Source: Sharpea porci (GTDB lineage: Bacteria; Bacillota_I; Bacilli_A; Erysipelotrichales; Coprobacillaceae). Taken from it: a stretch of 24,000 nt of DNA. Position numbers and translations under genes: made by a program. Shown piece after piece: positions 9,837-19,118 of the stretch. Each line of letters starts with the position of its first letter. Within the stretch, counting starts at the first letter, position 1. The stretch spans positions 1 through 24,000 of the forward strand of contig NZ_VUNM01000005.1 of assembly GCF_009695655.1 (NCBI RefSeq). The letters are read 5' to 3'. Below the pieces are notes generated by a model, which was given only the letters and a program-made list of their open reading frames with translations, was not told the origin of the DNA and searched no databases.

Positions 9837-9861
9837 GAGAAAAAAGAGCTTATTAAGCTCT
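9837..9861 (-). terminator. Intrinsic terminator of efp
   Basis: Minus strand AGAGCTT-AAT-AAGCTCT (9845-9861) followed by TTTTTTCTC. The efp stop codon (9853-9855) lies in the loop/stem region. Confidence 0.6.
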
Positions 9862-10419
9862 TCCTGCATATTTACCATCTGCTGTATAAACAACAACATG
9901 TTCTCCTTCAGCAATAAACTGAGGAACTAAGATCTTAAGTCCTGTATTTGTGACAGCGTCCTTTGTCTGGTTAGATGGTGCACCTTTGATTGCTGGTGCT
10001 GTTTCGGCAATCACAAGCTCAACCTTTTCAGGAATCTGTACATTTAATAAATCATTTTCAAAGAATAAAAGGTTTACTTCCATGCCATCAACGATGAAAT
10101 ACTTCTGGAAACCAATTAAATCTTCATTTAATTCATACATATCATATGTTTCAGTATCCATGAAATAATAAATCTTATCTGCTTCATATGAGAATGTTGC
10201 TTGTTTCTTTACAATATTTGCTGGTTCAAACTTAGTTGAAGCATTGAAGTTTCTTTCCTGTGTTGCTCCAGTCTTTAAGTTTTTCATTTTTGTTTTAAGA
10301 ATTGCTGCACCCTTACCTGGTTTAACGTGCATAAATTCAAGAACCTGCCAAGGATCTCCATCAATTGTCAATGTAAGACCTGTTCTAAAATCACCTGCTA
10401 AAATAGCCATATTTTTCAC
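9853..10419 (-). CDS. efp: Elongation factor P
   Basis: 188 aa. DFRTGLTLTIDGDPWQVLEFMHVKPGKGAAILKTKMKNLKTG is the typical EF-P N-terminal domain. Confidence 0.97.
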   Translation of the reverse strand: MKNMAILAGDFRTGLTLTIDGDPWQVLEFMHVKPGKGAAILKTKMKNLKTGATQERNFNASTKFEPANIVKKQATFSYEADKIYYFMDTETYDMYELNEDLIGFQKYFIVDGMEVNLLFFENDLLNVQIPEKVELVIAETAPAIKGAPSNQTKDAVTNTGLKILVPQFIAEGEHVVVYTADGKYAGRA

Positions 10420-10488
10420 TCCTAAATCTAAATTATTTTAATTCATTTGTATTGTACACTTTTTCTTGATAAGTCTCAATTAGAAATA

Positions 10489-11409
10489 TCACGCTTCAGT
10501 AATTGCAAGGGTTATAATCCCTGCAACAATCATGAAAATAAAGAAATATTGTCGTTTTGTCAAGCGCTCTTTTAAAACAACTCTAGAAAGCAGTAAAGAC
10601 ACAACAACAACCGAATCCATAATGGGTGCAGCAATAGCACCATTGCCACTCATCGCAAAGACATAAGTAAACTGTCCGGCTGTTTCGCATACAGCAGCAA
10701 GGATCTTATCACCCTGCTTAGGTAAGTTATACTTCACGCCCTTACACCACATAAAGATCATCAAAATCACAGCGACAATTAAGAAAGTCAATTCATAAGA
10801 TGTATTGGCAACAAGCTCAATCGTATTTTCATTGACATGCGTTAAGGTTGTTGTCGACATCTCTAAGACAATATCATCCATAAATGTCCCCGTCGCATCC
10901 AAGATGGCATAACAGAATGGCATCGCAAAGGCAATAATAGCCATCTTCTTGCCTATTTTCTTCTTACGGTCAGTTGCGCCATGGTTATCCAAGAAGCCAA
11001 CACCAATCACCCCAATCATTTCGGCAATGACAGCCAGGACAGAAATCCAAGATACTTTCTCAGCGAGAAGAAGAATACAAAGAAGAAAGACAATCCCACC
11101 CGAAGTGTTTTCAATCGGGTCAGATATAGATTCTTCGATAAAGCGCATACCAAAATATGATAATGTCATGGAAAGAATATAACAAAATGATACAGGAAAA
11201 TAGTATATAAGATTCATCGGATCATAATGAATATTCTTTGTCAGTAATGTAAAAATAGCGTGGGCCCCCATCACAACGCCAACTGTTACTGATATCTTTA
11301 AGTGGGCATACTTTTCATCAGGTCGTGCCCCTTTCTTGTAGAACAGTTCGGCTAAGCCCCACATAAATGTTGTGGTTAAGGCAAAAAATAGCCACATATA
11401 TAAATTCAT
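10489..11409 (-). CDS. EamA/DMT-type transporter
   Basis: 306 aa with ~10 hydrophobic segments and a DMT-like repeat pattern (TFMWGLAELFYKKG..., VVSLLLSRVVLKERLTKRQ). Confidence 0.8.
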   Translation of the reverse strand: MNLYMWLFFALTTTFMWGLAELFYKKGARPDEKYAHLKISVTVGVVMGAHAIFTLLTKNIHYDPMNLIYYFPVSFCYILSMTLSYFGMRFIEESISDPIENTSGGIVFLLCILLLAEKVSWISVLAVIAEMIGVIGVGFLDNHGATDRKKKIGKKMAIIAFAMPFCYAILDATGTFMDDIVLEMSTTTLTHVNENTIELVANTSYELTFLIVAVILMIFMWCKGVKYNLPKQGDKILAAVCETAGQFTYVFAMSGNGAIAAPIMDSVVVVSLLLSRVVLKERLTKRQYFFIFMIVAGIITLAITEA

Positions 11410-11495
11410 TCCTCCTTATTTCGACAAAGCAATCAAATGCATCATACCAAAATGTCAAGAGAATGAAAATAAAAAAGCATGGAGACCTGTTATTC

Positions 11496-13733
11496 TTATA
11501 GGAATTGATGATGGGCCCAATGATGAATGCGTTTTTTCATTCCTTCAATATCAAGAACACCGTAGGCAAAAGATTTGCGGACAAGTTCATCAGGAAGATA
11601 CTGATCATATTTTTCAAAGACGGGCATTTCTTTTTCATACAGTAAATCAAGAGGATCAAAGTCCTTCTGGGCTTCTTCTTCAAGAATGTTAAAGAATGTT
11701 TCTTCATCTGCATCCATCGTAAACATGATGTAGTAAGGGCGCAGGCTATTGAGGCCCTTCAGACGCAATCTGTTGCGGCACTTTATTTTCAAGAAACGCT
11801 CCATCGCAAGAAAACCATAGCTGCCAAGCCAAGGGAAAAGCACCCACATCTTACCACCTATATTAACAAGAGGATGATGGATGATGTCGGCATTCTTAAA
11901 AGTATGCCGTGCTTCTTTTAAACGATAGATGGCTTGATTCATAAGATAGGGATAACTTTTGTCACTACTTAAAACATCATACATTTTCTCTAAAATACGC
12001 GTATGAATATCACCAGGAACATCACCAAAATAAGCCGGAATATTGCCCTTGACAAGATTGCAATAAACCTCACGGCGATGATGATCCACTTCTTCTACAA
12101 CCCATACTCTTCCCGCAATCGCAATCTTATCACCAATTGGTGGTGGCTTGACAATCGTCCCTAAGACTTCGCTTCCAGCATGAACTGTATATTCAAGATT
12201 TTCCGCAAAGACGGCAAAGAATTTATGATTGTTGACAACTCGTTCACCAGCAATGCCGACTATCAGTCCACCATTCTCTGTTTGATTAATATGATCGATA
12301 GAAAGCAAATGTCTTAAAAGAATCCGATAGTCATCCTGGGAAACATTATGGAAGATGGATAGTGTCAGCACTCTTGAAGCAAGTTCTGCTGCACTCATCT
12401 CTCCAAGAGAAGCGAGAATGCTCATTGTTTGATGATAAAGCAAGGAATAAGGGATTTTGTTTTTGATTGGCGGTTCAACAAAGCGCTCTTCAATATAGAG
12501 CTGGATGAGGGCAATGCCCTGAATAAGGTACCAAGGGATGCTTTCGGGTAAAAGAGCTCTTGCTTCAGGATGATCTTCACGCATCACAAACCACATTTCA
12601 CTTGGTGCCCCTCTTCTGCCTGTTCTGCCCATTCTTTGCAGGAAGCTCGAGACTGTAAAGGGGGCATCTATCTGAAAAGCACGTTCAAGCTTACCAATAT
12701 CAATACCTAATTCAAGTGTTGCGGTTGCACAGATGGACATAGAAGAATGTTCATCCTTCATGTCTTCTTCAGCACTTTCCCGATAGCTTGAAGAGAGATT
12801 GCCATGATGAATGAGAAAACGGTCAGGTTCATGATTAGCTTCACAATATTGTCTTAAATGTTGGCAGACACTTTCACATTCCTCACGACTATTCGTAAAA
12901 ATTAAACACTTTTTCCCTCTGGTATGTTCAAAGATATAGCCCATTCCTGGATCAGATGCAAAGGGGGCTTTGTCAGTTGGTGCATCAAGAGCATGAACTT
13001 CCTCCACCATTTCTTCCTCTCCTGCCTGGGGAGCCTGATTAAAGAAGTGCTCCATCGATAGACGCCATACTTCCTTGCCACTATCAAATTTTGGAATAAT
13101 ACTGCCTCGATGACTCCCTACATTTAAAAAATCAGCTGCCATTTTCATATCACCAATCGTGGCCGATAAGCCAATACGACGGGGATCACAACCTGCTTCC
13201 TGACAAAGACGTTCGATTAAGCAGAATGTCTGACCTCCTCGATCCTGTCTTAAAAACGCATGTAATTCATCAATGACAATAAAACGCAAATCATGGAAAA
13301 GTGAAGGTATTTCCATATGTTTTCTTAGCATCAAAGCTTCTAGTGATTCAGGGGTAATCTGTAAGATACCTTGAGGTTTCTTCAGCAGTTTTCTTTTTGC
13401 CGTGGCGGGGGCATCGCCATGCCATCTGGTAACTGTAATATCGCTCTCTTCACATATTTCCTCTAATCGTTCATACTGATCATTGATTAATGCTTTGAGG
13501 GGAGCAATATAGAGAACACCTACGGAAGAGGGAGGATCTTCTTCAAGAAGAGTGAGAATAGGAAAGAAAGCTGCTTCTGTTTTACCCGATGCTGTCGAAG
13601 CGCAAATCAGGACATTCTTATCTGTATGAAAGATAGCATCTCCTGCTCCATTCTGGACAGAACGTAAAGAGTGCCAATTATGGCGATAAATATAATTCTG
13701 AATGAAGGGAGCATAACGATCAAAGATATTCAT
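11496..13733 (-). CDS. SF2 DEAD/DEAH-box helicase, Lhr/BrxHI-like
   Basis: 745 aa. Walker A ASTASGKTEAAF, Walker B VIDELHAF, motif III SATIG, motif VI QRMGRTGRRG, and C-terminal Lhr-like region. Confidence 0.88.
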   Translation of the reverse strand: MNIFDRYAPFIQNYIYRHNWHSLRSVQNGAGDAIFHTDKNVLICASTASGKTEAAFFPILTLLEEDPPSSVGVLYIAPLKALINDQYERLEEICEESDITVTRWHGDAPATAKRKLLKKPQGILQITPESLEALMLRKHMEIPSLFHDLRFIVIDELHAFLRQDRGGQTFCLIERLCQEAGCDPRRIGLSATIGDMKMAADFLNVGSHRGSIIPKFDSGKEVWRLSMEHFFNQAPQAGEEEMVEEVHALDAPTDKAPFASDPGMGYIFEHTRGKKCLIFTNSREECESVCQHLRQYCEANHEPDRFLIHHGNLSSSYRESAEEDMKDEHSSMSICATATLELGIDIGKLERAFQIDAPFTVSSFLQRMGRTGRRGAPSEMWFVMREDHPEARALLPESIPWYLIQGIALIQLYIEERFVEPPIKNKIPYSLLYHQTMSILASLGEMSAAELASRVLTLSIFHNVSQDDYRILLRHLLSIDHINQTENGGLIVGIAGERVVNNHKFFAVFAENLEYTVHAGSEVLGTIVKPPPIGDKIAIAGRVWVVEEVDHHRREVYCNLVKGNIPAYFGDVPGDIHTRILEKMYDVLSSDKSYPYLMNQAIYRLKEARHTFKNADIIHHPLVNIGGKMWVLFPWLGSYGFLAMERFLKIKCRNRLRLKGLNSLRPYYIMFTMDADEETFFNILEEEAQKDFDPLDLLYEKEMPVFEKYDQYLPDELVRKSFAYGVLDIEGMKKRIHHWAHHQFL

Positions 13734-13742
13734 AATGAACTC

Positions 13743-15089
13743 CTAAATTGTAAACTCGGCAAAGCCATCATTGGTTTTATTAGAAAGGACATCACTTTCA
13801 TGATAATTGAATTCTTCACTATTTAAGAGATCTTTCACTTTCATATCTGGATGTTGATAGAGAATATCAAGAAGTTCAATAAAATCTCTAATGACTTCAC
13901 GAGGAGTAATATTGCTGCTTGCACCAATACGCTGATATTCAATTTGAATAAAGAGAGCAATATCATCCGTTGTCACTTTCTTGTCATAACGATACATTGT
14001 CGCATGAATATCGGCAAGCTTTTCACATAATACAAGCATTTCTTCAGGATTCAAAGGCTCAAGATGAATAACGGGGGCAAGTAAGTCACGGACGCCTTCC
14101 TTGGCAAACTTCCCTTCAGCAAGTCGAGAACGCAATGCCTCATAGCTATAGACACCACGACGTTTGTCTTCTAATGCCTGTGGCGTTGCACCCATAATAA
14201 TGCCAAGATGCTTTGCTTTCCCTTGAAGTGTATCATTATACATCATCAAGATCTTTTCATAATTGTATTGACGGGTAATGGCATTAGGAATCTTATAGAT
14301 ATTGACAAGTTCATCAATCATAATCATCATCCCAGCATAACCAGCCAGCGTGAAAAAAGACGCAAAAAGCTTAATATATTCATACCAATCATCATCCGTA
14401 ATAATGATATTGACACCCAGTTCATTTTTAGCTTCTCTTTTAAGGCTATATTCACCCCTGAACCACTTCAAAACAAGTGCCTTGGTTTCATCATCACCTT
14501 GTAAATATGCATGATAGTAACGTGAAAGCAAGGATGCAAACTCGAAACCATGAACAAGTTCGCTCATTTGGCTTGTGACTTCATAAATTTTCTGATCGAC
14601 TAGACGACTTAACGCTATGTCACCAACCTTTAAACCTGACTGTGTCACAGCTTCACTTTGAATCTGAGAAATCCAGCGATCAAGCACCAAAGCCAAAGCT
14701 CCACCTTCAGGCTTTGTTTTCGTGGAAAGATTAGCAATCAGCTCACGATAAGTCGCTAATCCCTGTCCTCTTGTCCCTTGCAAACGTCTTTCTGGAGACA
14801 AATCTGCATCAGCAACAATAAAGCCCTGATCCATCACATAATTACGAATACTTTGTATCAGAAAACTCTTTCCTGAGCCATAGCGTCCCACGATAAAACG
14901 GAAACTTGCGCCACCATCCTTAATCATTTCAACATCATGTAATAACGCTTCTATTTCATTCTTTCTCCCCACCGTAATATAGGGCAGGCCAATTCTAGGA
15001 ACCACCCCACCCTTTAGGGAATTCATGACAATCGAAGCGATACGTTTAGGTATTTTTCTATTTACGTCCATAAAGTAATTCTTCAACAT
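13743..15089 (-). CDS. BrxD-like (DUF2791 family) P-loop ATPase
   Basis: 448 aa. GRYGSGKSFLIQSIR (Walker A), GMMIMIDELVNIYK (Walker B), and PERRLQGTRGQGLATYRELI typical of the BREX BrxD/ORC-like ATPase group. Starts 32 nt inside the upstream gene. Confidence 0.85.
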   Translation of the reverse strand: MLKNYFMDVNRKIPKRIASIVMNSLKGGVVPRIGLPYITVGRKNEIEALLHDVEMIKDGGASFRFIVGRYGSGKSFLIQSIRNYVMDQGFIVADADLSPERRLQGTRGQGLATYRELIANLSTKTKPEGGALALVLDRWISQIQSEAVTQSGLKVGDIALSRLVDQKIYEVTSQMSELVHGFEFASLLSRYYHAYLQGDDETKALVLKWFRGEYSLKREAKNELGVNIIITDDDWYEYIKLFASFFTLAGYAGMMIMIDELVNIYKIPNAITRQYNYEKILMMYNDTLQGKAKHLGIIMGATPQALEDKRRGVYSYEALRSRLAEGKFAKEGVRDLLAPVIHLEPLNPEEMLVLCEKLADIHATMYRYDKKVTTDDIALFIQIEYQRIGASSNITPREVIRDFIELLDILYQHPDMKVKDLLNSEEFNYHESDVLSNKTNDGFAEFTI

Positions 15090-16863
15090 CCTCTCTATAA
15101 TCTTCTATCAATACAAGACGATTATCTTCTATTTCAACAATATTATCACCTATTTCATCATAATAAGCTTCATTCATCTCATCAGCAACTACTTCAATAA
15201 AGAGATGATGTTCTTTTAAGAATGAAGTTACATCTTCATTCTTGAGAAGCTTTTTGATTATAACTTCAGTCATCTGATCCTGATCATCTATTTCTTTTTC
15301 AACAACTGGTTTGACCTCCACTTCCTTCTCTTCTTCTGTCAATAAGCTTTCTCTTGTCAAAGCTGCTTCATAACGTATCTTTTGCAGGCTGGCAAGATTG
15401 AAATCCATTTGTTTATGTTTTTCTTCATAGTCTTTGATTGCCATTTCTTCATAAGATTCCATAAAATCAAAAGCATCATCGACTTTAAGCTTTCTACCTA
15501 CTTCAAAATAGGCACGAAGAAAACGGTCTATTTCTCTGATCAAGCCTTTGATGAATTTAGAATCGCATTTTTCAATTTGAAAAGCTTTGATATTCCAGTT
15601 GTTATATTTATCTAAATGATAAATGCGAATAGGATCAATATCATAAGTGAGAATGTCCTTTTCTTTATTTCTTTCATATAGGGCATTGGAAACTGGATAA
15701 AAGCTTGTCGTGCGCTGTCCTTTGAAGATAAAACTGAAGAGTGTTTTCTTCTTTATGCGATAATCTTTAAAAGCATTCTTGATGATCATTCCAGCTATTT
15801 CCTTTGTCTTTTCAGGTTCTTTTTTATAGACTGGCGATTTATAAAAAGAACGATCAGAAAAAGCCATGATACTTTCAAAGATTTCTGAAGGTGTGTGTTC
15901 TTTGACTTTCTTTAAAGTCATCAAATTTTGATCAAGCTTTAACATGCCGTCAGGAAAATAGGCTTTTACGCGTTCAATAGGAAAATGCATATCTAAGGCA
16001 AGTTCAAAAATCCACTCTTCAACCCTATCTTCCATCCGTTGATCATGAGCTATTGGTCTTACAAAACGCTCTACGAACTCCTCGAGCTTGTCAAAACGCT
16101 CTTGTACATCTTTACAGCCTATTCCATTTAATAGCTCATAGACATAAAGATAACTAAGGGAAGTGGCTATGGGAAGATATTCTCCCTCCCTGACTTTCTT
16201 ACGCCATGAAAAATAACCTCTTAATATTTCTGGTGGCATATCATAATAACAAGGAAAATAACTCTTATAGTCTTCGCTCCAGGGATAATCATCTTCATAG
16301 TCAACCATAAACTTTCCCTGTCTTATAAAATTAGGCACCCATTCATAATAAGCATTACTTTTCGCTAAGGCATACATTTCTCTTAACTTCTCAGGAATCT
16401 CTTTAGTAGTGGTTTTGGGATTTTGAGGATGAGCAGCATGAATATGTTTTCGTCTTCTGATTTCTTTTTTAGGGATAGCTGTTTCATGATAGCTAGAATC
16501 ATCATGATCATCTTCAAGGATAATTAGATGATCATCATAAATAAGGAAGACTTGGTCAATTAATTGAAAAAGCAATCGTGTATCATGAATTTTATTCATA
16601 TCAAGAGTGAGAAACTTACCAATGCTTTCCATCTTGACATCTTTTATAGCCTGCTGCAGAGATAGATCCAATCCCAATTCATCTAACAGAAGATTACAAT
16701 AAGCCTTCTGACTACTTGTTTCCTGATCAAAGAAAGTGATGAAATAAATCATGCATTTCTTCGTTTTCTTATCATTAACTAAATAAAGATTCTGTTGTAT
16801 TTCAAGATTACAAGAGCTTGCATATTTATTTTTAATATAATCTAGTGCCTCATTAATCAACAT
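15058..16863 (-). CDS. TerB N-terminal / C-terminal domain-containing protein
   Basis: 601 aa. The central FIRQGKFMVDYEDDYPW...PCYYDMPPEILRGYFSWRKKVREG...TSLSYLYVYELLNGIG matches the TerB_N signature. The C-terminal DFNLASLQKIRYEAALTRESLLTEEE matches a TerB_C signature. Confidence 0.82.
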   Translation of the reverse strand: MLINEALDYIKNKYASSCNLEIQQNLYLVNDKKTKKCMIYFITFFDQETSSQKAYCNLLLDELGLDLSLQQAIKDVKMESIGKFLTLDMNKIHDTRLLFQLIDQVFLIYDDHLIILEDDHDDSSYHETAIPKKEIRRRKHIHAAHPQNPKTTTKEIPEKLREMYALAKSNAYYEWVPNFIRQGKFMVDYEDDYPWSEDYKSYFPCYYDMPPEILRGYFSWRKKVREGEYLPIATSLSYLYVYELLNGIGCKDVQERFDKLEEFVERFVRPIAHDQRMEDRVEEWIFELALDMHFPIERVKAYFPDGMLKLDQNLMTLKKVKEHTPSEIFESIMAFSDRSFYKSPVYKKEPEKTKEIAGMIIKNAFKDYRIKKKTLFSFIFKGQRTTSFYPVSNALYERNKEKDILTYDIDPIRIYHLDKYNNWNIKAFQIEKCDSKFIKGLIREIDRFLRAYFEVGRKLKVDDAFDFMESYEEMAIKDYEEKHKQMDFNLASLQKIRYEAALTRESLLTEEEKEVEVKPVVEKEIDDQDQMTEVIIKKLLKNEDVTSFLKEHHLFIEVVADEMNEAYYDEIGDNIVEIEDNRLVLIEDYREDVEELLYGRK

Positions 16864-16875
16864 GTTGACCCTTCC

Positions 16876-17439
16876 TTATTGTTCTTGTTGGATTTTGGTT
16901 TCGGTCTCCTTTAAAATCTCATCACGCAATTTACTTAGCCAGGAAGAAAATTCCACAACATCAAAGGCATAATGTCGTTGCAAATCATATTCATGATCTT
17001 CCCATGAATCAATGGGCGCTTCATTATGTTGGATGACGGCTTCAAGCTTATCGAGGGCTTTGAAGATTTTGGCTTCTTTGCTTTGACATGCTTCCATTTC
17101 TTGATAAAGCGCATGCATATTTTGCGATAATTGATCAGGAAGTGTATTAAGAAATACATCAAGTAGCTTAGCTTCCTGTTGACGATCTTCATCGGTCTTT
17201 AAGAAGACAGGAATATCACCAGTAAAACATTCACCAAGATCATGAATCACACACATACGCATGACCTTATTTATATCAACATCGCTAAACGTCTCTTCGA
17301 GAAGTAAAGCCATCATGGCTATCCGCCAGCTATGTTCAGCTACACTCTCTATGCGGTTATTTTTTGTGACACAATGTCTTGGTGTGTCTTTGAGCTCATT
17401 AATAATATGAACGATTTCTAAATAATCTTTAGGTGTCAT
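16876..17439 (-). CDS. HD domain phosphohydrolase (YfbR/HDDC2-like, possible 5'-deoxynucleotidase)
   Basis: 187 aa. HSWRIAMMALLL, VIHDLGECFTGDIP, and a conserved downstream Asp (KALDKLEAVIQH) typical of HD_3-type hydrolases. Confidence 0.85.
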   Translation of the reverse strand: MTPKDYLEIVHIINELKDTPRHCVTKNNRIESVAEHSWRIAMMALLLEETFSDVDINKVMRMCVIHDLGECFTGDIPVFLKTDEDRQQEAKLLDVFLNTLPDQLSQNMHALYQEMEACQSKEAKIFKALDKLEAVIQHNEAPIDSWEDHEYDLQRHYAFDVVEFSSWLSKLRDEILKETETKIQQEQ

Positions 17440-17723
17440 GCACGTTGTTGGATGACAACATGAATACTGTCACCTTCACCTTTCTTTAGCTTTGTACGAA
17501 TGCTTTTTAACACACCAATAATATAACAGATGGTGCCATCATCATGCTTTAAGCCCATGTTGACAATACTGCCATCATAGGCGATACCATCAAAGGTTGC
17601 ATGAACTTTCACTCTTCCTTTTTGAAATTCTTCTCTAATATCCCAAGGAAATTCTACATAGGCACCACCCTTTTCTGGGATTTCATGAATGATGCCATCA
17701 TATTCATAGACTTTATTGTTCAT
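17436..17723 (-). CDS. DUF1905 domain-containing protein
   Basis: 95 aa. GGAYVEFPWDIREEFQKGRVKVHATFDGIAYDGSIVNMG...IIGVLKSIRTKLKKGEGDSIHV is the typical DUF1905 pattern. Its stop overlaps the HD start (ATGA). Confidence 0.85.
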   Translation of the reverse strand: MNNKVYEYDGIIHEIPEKGGAYVEFPWDIREEFQKGRVKVHATFDGIAYDGSIVNMGLKHDDGTICYIIGVLKSIRTKLKKGEGDSIHVVIQQRA

Positions 17724-17774
17724 ATCTCTTTACCTCTTGCCCCATTCTAGCACAAACAAGATAGAATTTCAGCG

Positions 17775-17803
17775 AAAAGAAAAAGGCGCAAAAGCACCTT
17801 TTT
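17775..17803 (-). terminator. Intrinsic terminator of the arsenic-resistance-type operon
   Basis: Minus strand AAAAGGTGC-TTTT-GCGCCTTTT (17781-17802), followed by TCTTTT. Confidence 0.65.
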
Positions 17804-17813
17804 GTAAGGAATA

Positions 17814-18059
17814 CTATAATCCCTGATGGGCAATCATGAGCGATTCAATATCACTTGTCTTAAGCACACGCCCCGTTGAAACAATCTCATCATCCAACAT
17901 GAGTGCTGGCGTTGTCATAATGCCTAAGCTGGCCATTTCACTAAAGTCTGTAATATATTCAACTTCTCCCTTTAAGCCCGTATTTGCGAGGGCTTCTTTT
18001 GTGGCTTTTAAGAGTGCTTCACACTTCTTACAGCCGCCTCCTAATACTCTCACGCGCAT
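17814..18059 (-). CDS. Small thioredoxin-like protein (TM0996/MTH895 type)
   Basis: 81 aa. GGGCKKCEAL redox motif, MTTPALMLDDEIVSTGRV. Confidence 0.9.
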   Translation of the reverse strand: MRVRVLGGGCKKCEALLKATKEALANTGLKGEVEYITDFSEMASLGIMTTPALMLDDEIVSTGRVLKTSDIESLMIAHQGL

Positions 18060-18062
18060 TGT

Positions 18063-19118
18063 CTAATCCTCCTTGACAAACCAATTTTGTGTCTTATTTG
18101 CGATATTTACTAATGTCAACATAACAGGAACTTCTGTCAAAACCCCCACTGTTGTAGCCAGGGCTGCTGGGCTTGTTGTCCCAAATAAGGCAATGGCAAC
18201 CGCAACTGCTAATTCAAAGAAATTGGATGCACCAATCATTCCAGCTGGTGCAGCAATATCAAATGGCAAATGGATGGCTTTGGCAGAAAGATAAGCAATA
18301 AAGAAAATAAGGAATGTCTGTATGATCAGTGGTATCGCAATCAATAGGATATGGATGGGATTACTGATGATGACAGCGGACTGAGATGTAAAAATCAAGA
18401 CTAATGTCAATAAGAGACCAGCTGTTGTTACATAGTCAAATTTATGAACAAAGACATTTTCAAGATAGTCTTTTCCCTTCTTCTTCACCATTATAACACG
18501 AGTTAGTATACCTCCGGCTAGTGGAATCACAACAAAGAGAAAAATACTGACAAATAATGTACTATAAGGCACACTGACCTTTGAAACGCCAAGTAAGAAC
18601 TTCACAATAGGCACAAAGGCAAAAAGAATAATACAATCATTGGTAGCCACCTGAACAACAGTGTAGGCAGCACGGCCATGTGTTAAAGTGCTCCAGACAA
18701 AGACCATTGCGGTACAAGGTGCGGCACCAAGTAATACGGCTCCAGCAAGATACTGACGCGCTAAATTTTGGGGAATAAAACTTTTAAAAACATAGAAGAG
18801 AAAGAATGAAGCAAGCAGGTACATAGTAAAAGGCTTAATAAGCCAGTTGACAATCCATGTCAAAAAGAGACCTTTTGGATTATCTTTGATTTGACGAATG
18901 CTTTGAAAGTCAACTTTGATCATCATAGGATAAATCATAATCCAGATCAAAATCGCAATCGGGATGGATATCCCGGCAATCTGCATTTTATTCAACACTT
19001 GGACAACGGCAGGAAAGAAGTGCCCAATCATCACTCCCGCAATCATACATAATATGACCCAGACACTTAAATAACGCTGGAATATAGAAATATCTTTATT
19101 CTTCACCATCTTATTCAT
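18063..19118 (-). CDS. arsB: ACR3 family arsenite efflux transporter
   Basis: 351 aa. Ten-TM pattern, LGAAPCTAMVFVWS and NFFELAVAVAIALFG motifs typical of Acr3 permeases. Confidence 0.93.
   Translation of the reverse strand: MNKMVKNKDISIFQRYLSVWVILCMIAGVMIGHFFPAVVQVLNKMQIAGISIPIAILIWIMIYPMMIKVDFQSIRQIKDNPKGLFLTWIVNWLIKPFTMYLLASFFLFYVFKSFIPQNLARQYLAGAVLLGAAPCTAMVFVWSTLTHGRAAYTVVQVATNDCIILFAFVPIVKFLLGVSKVSVPYSTLFVSIFLFVVIPLAGGILTRVIMVKKKGKDYLENVFVHKFDYVTTAGLLLTLVLIFTSQSAVIISNPIHILLIAIPLIIQTFLIFFIAYLSAKAIHLPFDIAAPAGMIGASNFFELAVAVAIALFGTTSPAALATTVGVLTEVPVMLTLVNIANKTQNWFVKED

Noticed and set aside
11372-11692. Plus-strand 106-aa ORF MVKAKNSHIYKF... at the 3' side of the helicase gene
   Set aside because: Mostly antisense to the well-supported helicase CDS, no recognisable domain, and no convincing RBS context; most likely a fortuitous ORF.
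11496-16863. Complete BREX system call
   Set aside because: Only BrxD-like and BrxHI-like proteins are present. BrxA, BrxB, BrxC, PglX and PglZ are all missing from the window.
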